The notes under the pieces: model-generated
Seen by the model: only the letters and a program-made list of their open reading frames with translations
Database searches by the model: none
Told to the model about the DNA's origin: nothing
Assembly (NCBI GenBank): GCA_964565125.1
Contig: CAZMCX010000001.1
Span: 19,655-32,935 of the forward strand
Length of the DNA: 13,281 bases
Source: an uncultured archaeon
Lineage (GTDB): Archaea > Iainarchaeota > Iainarchaeia > Iainarchaeales > 0-14-0-20-30-16
Direction: 5' to 3'
Translations under genes and position numbers: made by a program
Shown: positions 11,492 to 13,281 of the stretch, in pieces
Layout: every line of letters starts with the position of its first letter
How positions within the stretch are numbered: the stretch's first letter is position 1

Positions 11492-11836
11492 CTAACTAAC
11501 ATAATATGTTGTGTAGCTATAAGCATAGTTGTATGCTGGATATCCGTAGGTTCCATATGCATAGGTTACTGGAACCCCGTTTACATAATAACTGTAAGGG
11601 AATGTGTAAACTGGAGAATAGTTAACTACTGGAACATAATATGCTGCTGGAGCCACATATGTTGGGTAATAATATGTTGGATATGTGTAACCTACATAAG
11701 AATTAGTTGTGTATGTGGTTGTTGTGTATCCGTAATAACTGTATGTGCTAGGATAATAAGCATAGGAAAATCCCAAGGGTATTATAGCCAAAACAATTAA
11801 TATTGCTGCCAATACATAATAAAATAAATTTTTCAT
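11492..11836 (-). CDS. tyrosine-rich, essentially uncharged low-complexity secreted or membrane-anchored protein
   Basis: A 114-aa ORF with an N-terminal hydrophobic signal/anchor (MKNLFYYVLAAILIVLAIIPLGF). The remaining roughly 90 residues are made almost only of Y, T, P, V, S, A, G and N. By hand count it has 34 Tyr, and Lys2 is the only charged residue. A TATA box lies 22 nt upstream (leaderless geometry). Confidence 0.7.
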   Translation of the reverse strand: MKNLFYYVLAAILIVLAIIPLGFSYAYYPSTYSYYGYTTTTYTTNSYVGYTYPTYYYPTYVAPAAYYVPVVNYSPVYTFPYSYYVNGVPVTYAYGTYGYPAYNYAYSYTTYYVS

Positions 11837-11858
11837 AATATATAACTATTAAGAAAAG

Positions 11859-11866
11859 TTTATAAA
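11859..11866 (-). promoter_or_regulatory. TATA box (TTTATAAA) for the Tyr-rich gene
   Basis: A 22-nt gap separates it from ATG 11836, and there is no SD. It lies between the stop of the upstream nuclease gene (11871-11873) and the ATG. Confidence 0.45.
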
Positions 11867-11870
11867 TGTG

Positions 11871-13055
11871 TCACTCAATAAATGAATCTGAGATCAGTCT
11901 AAGCTTTTTTACCTCTCTTTTTGTGATTGCGGCAAGGATCCTTGACCTAAGTGGCTCTGGAAGCTTTTCCAGGTGTTTGTCTATATAATATGAGTTTATA
12001 TCTAATAGTTCCGAGAACCCGGCTTGTATTATTTGATCTTTTATCTCTTTGTACTCCTTACTTGTCTTTGAAGGTAGTTTTATTCCTTCTTCTCTCAAAA
12101 TCTTTATCAGGGCATTTGTGCCTTGGATATTGTCAATCTTTTCATGTTCCGCATACTTCTCAAGCTCTTCTCGTAGCCCGTTAAGTTGCTCGGAAATATG
12201 GCTTTTTAGAATAGCTAATTCAGTATATTTGTCTACAAGTTTTACCCCGTGATCACTAGAGAACTTCTCTAGGCTCATTTGCTTGGTTTTTACTAAGTGT
12301 CTTCTCTTTGGACATTTTGAAGCAAATTCACACCAGTCACATAAGGCGGACTCCTTTGGATTAAACTCCTTTTCTTCTTCAATTTTGTCAATCCAGGCTT
12401 TTATGCTCTTTTTTATTTCTTCTAGTTTCTCATCAGACTTTGTGATTCTGATCTCTTTTCCAAATCCTAAATAATGCCAAACAAGTTCTATCTTCTTTGC
12501 ATCGGGGTACTTCTCTTTTACTGCTATTGAGTAAAGAGCAAGTTGCTTGTCTTCATCAATGTATTCGTTTGTAGGCAAAGTGCCAGAAGTTTTGTAATCA
12601 TGAATCACATAAGTCCCATCTTTTTTGAGGGCTAGCCGATCTATGTAACCAGTAAGAGTGTATTTGTCGTCTCCAAGTTTGAGATATATTTTCTGTTCTA
12701 AACCCACAGTATAATCTTGGTCAAAAGGGGAATGCTTGTCATAATAATCCGAAATGTGTTCCTTGCCTCGTCCAAGAGTCTCTTTTTCGGAATACTCTTC
12801 CCTAACTATCTTTGTTTTTTGCTTGAATTCTTTGTGCCATTCTTTAGTGTAAAAATCTAAGAGCTCCTTTTTTGTGTTTAGCTTTCCGTGTTGCAAATCC
12901 TTGTAAAGTTTTTCTAAGGTGTGATGTACTGTAGTCCCAAGGTGGCTTTCTATAGAAGTTTCAAAATCTTTTTCTTCTTTGTCAATATAAGAGAACTTGA
13001 ATTTAAGGGGACAGGATATGAATGAATTTATTTTTGAATAGGAATACATTACCAT
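11871..13055 (-). CDS. Cas4/AddB-type PD-(D/E)XK nuclease with a 4-Cys Fe-S motif plus a C-terminal extension of about 140 aa
   Basis: The N-terminus YSYSKINSFISCPLKFKFSYI and GTTVHHTLE are typical of the PDDEXK_1 family. The catalytic motifs are GYIDRL...VIHDYKTS, with QLALYSIA. The cysteines are C15 and C239-x2-C242-x5-C248 (CDWCEFASKC, 12312-12341). Residues about 253-394 are a helical, charged extra domain. Confidence 0.9.
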   Translation of the reverse strand: MVMYSYSKINSFISCPLKFKFSYIDKEEKDFETSIESHLGTTVHHTLEKLYKDLQHGKLNTKKELLDFYTKEWHKEFKQKTKIVREEYSEKETLGRGKEHISDYYDKHSPFDQDYTVGLEQKIYLKLGDDKYTLTGYIDRLALKKDGTYVIHDYKTSGTLPTNEYIDEDKQLALYSIAVKEKYPDAKKIELVWHYLGFGKEIRITKSDEKLEEIKKSIKAWIDKIEEEKEFNPKESALCDWCEFASKCPKRRHLVKTKQMSLEKFSSDHGVKLVDKYTELAILKSHISEQLNGLREELEKYAEHEKIDNIQGTNALIKILREEGIKLPSKTSKEYKEIKDQIIQAGFSELLDINSYYIDKHLEKLPEPLRSRILAAITKREVKKLRLISDSFIE

Positions 13056-13080
13056 GTAAGTATAATTAGGACAAAAAAGA

Positions 13081-13088
13081 ATATATAA
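13081..13088 (-). promoter_or_regulatory. candidate TATA box (TTATATAT on the minus strand) for the nuclease gene
   Basis: A 25-nt gap separates it from ATG 13055. No SD was seen. Confidence 0.35.
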
Positions 13089-13107
13089 TTCACTATCAAA
13101 GTAAAGG

Positions 13108-13278
13108 TTATTTATTTCTAGTCATGAATATGAACAGCAAAATGAAGAAGGCAATTATTATCACGGTTGAGAAAGTGCTTGTAGTTTTAAAAGAAATCGA
13201 AGAAAAGTTTTGTATTAACCAATAAACAGCAAAGAAAGCAATTACCACAATAAGCAAAATCTTTATATTGTGATCCAT
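13108..13278 (-). CDS. possible small two-helix membrane protein (56 aa; may extend beyond the window edge)
   Basis: The translation is MDHNIKILLIVVIAFFAVYWLIQNFSSISFKTTSTFSTVIIIAFFILLFIFMTRNK, with a TAA stop at 13108-13110. It is below the ORF-track length cutoff. The frame is still open at the window end, so the true start is uncertain. Confidence 0.3.
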   Translation of the reverse strand: MDHNIKILLIVVIAFFAVYWLIQNFSSISFKTTSTFSTVIIIAFFILLFIFMTRNK

Positions 13279-13281
13279 AAA

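Noticed and set aside
11566-11635. Two GTTCCAGTA sequences (minus strand) resembling half of an archaeal origin recognition box, near mcm
   Set aside because: They match only part of the ORB core, lie inside the Tyr-rich coding sequence (encoding VPV), and have no flanking AT-rich unwinding element or orc1/cdc6 gene.
11492-11836. The Tyr-rich gene as a diversity-generating-retroelement variable region
   Set aside because: No reverse transcriptase and no template-repeat copy of this sequence exists anywhere in the window.
11951-12474. Three plus-strand ORFs antisense to the nuclease gene
   Set aside because: They lie within the well-supported PD-(D/E)XK nuclease frame, and their translations are low-complexity.

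Overview
The window is an AT-rich archaeal chromosomal segment (about one-third G+C by eye, not computed). The archaeal assignment rests on a TATA-binding protein gene, an MCM replicative helicase gene, TTTATAAA-type TATA boxes about 22 nt upstream of several start codons, GGTGA/GGGGA Shine-Dalgarno sites on the others, and oligo-T terminators. Tight packing and many small membrane or unknown proteins fit a small-genome (DPANN-like) archaeon, but that is inference only.

Gene content, left to right:
- tbp (-).
- A membrane-anchored protein with a possible GATase1-like ectodomain (+).
- A polytopic membrane protein (+).
- A minus-strand operon: a 159-aa winged-helix protein, then MCM, then a presenilin/SPP-like GxGD intramembrane protease.
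- A plus-strand pair: a 103-aa zinc-ribbon protein and a 480-aa type-I surface protein.
- A 323-bp non-coding stretch packed with stem-loops.
- A 65-aa zinc-ribbon protein (+).
- A 114-aa secreted or anchored protein that is about 30% tyrosine (-).
- A Cas4/AddB-type PD-(D/E)XK Fe-S nuclease with an extra C-terminal domain (-).

Most notable observations:
1. The 1714-codon MCM ORF carries two in-frame LAGLIDADG inteins (473 and 528 aa, 58% of the ORF) only 52 residues apart in the ATPase core. One lacks the block-B histidine.
2. A three-copy hairpin element with conserved flanks and compensatory stem changes lies in the 3' regions of two genes, inside a run of seven or more consecutive stem-loops.
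3. The tyrosine-rich protein has almost no charged residues.
4. The C-terminal extension of the Cas4-like nuclease resembles Gam/Gp157.

No tRNA, rRNA, CRISPR array, transposase or integrase was seen. All calls come from reading the sequence and the ORF translations. No database search was run.
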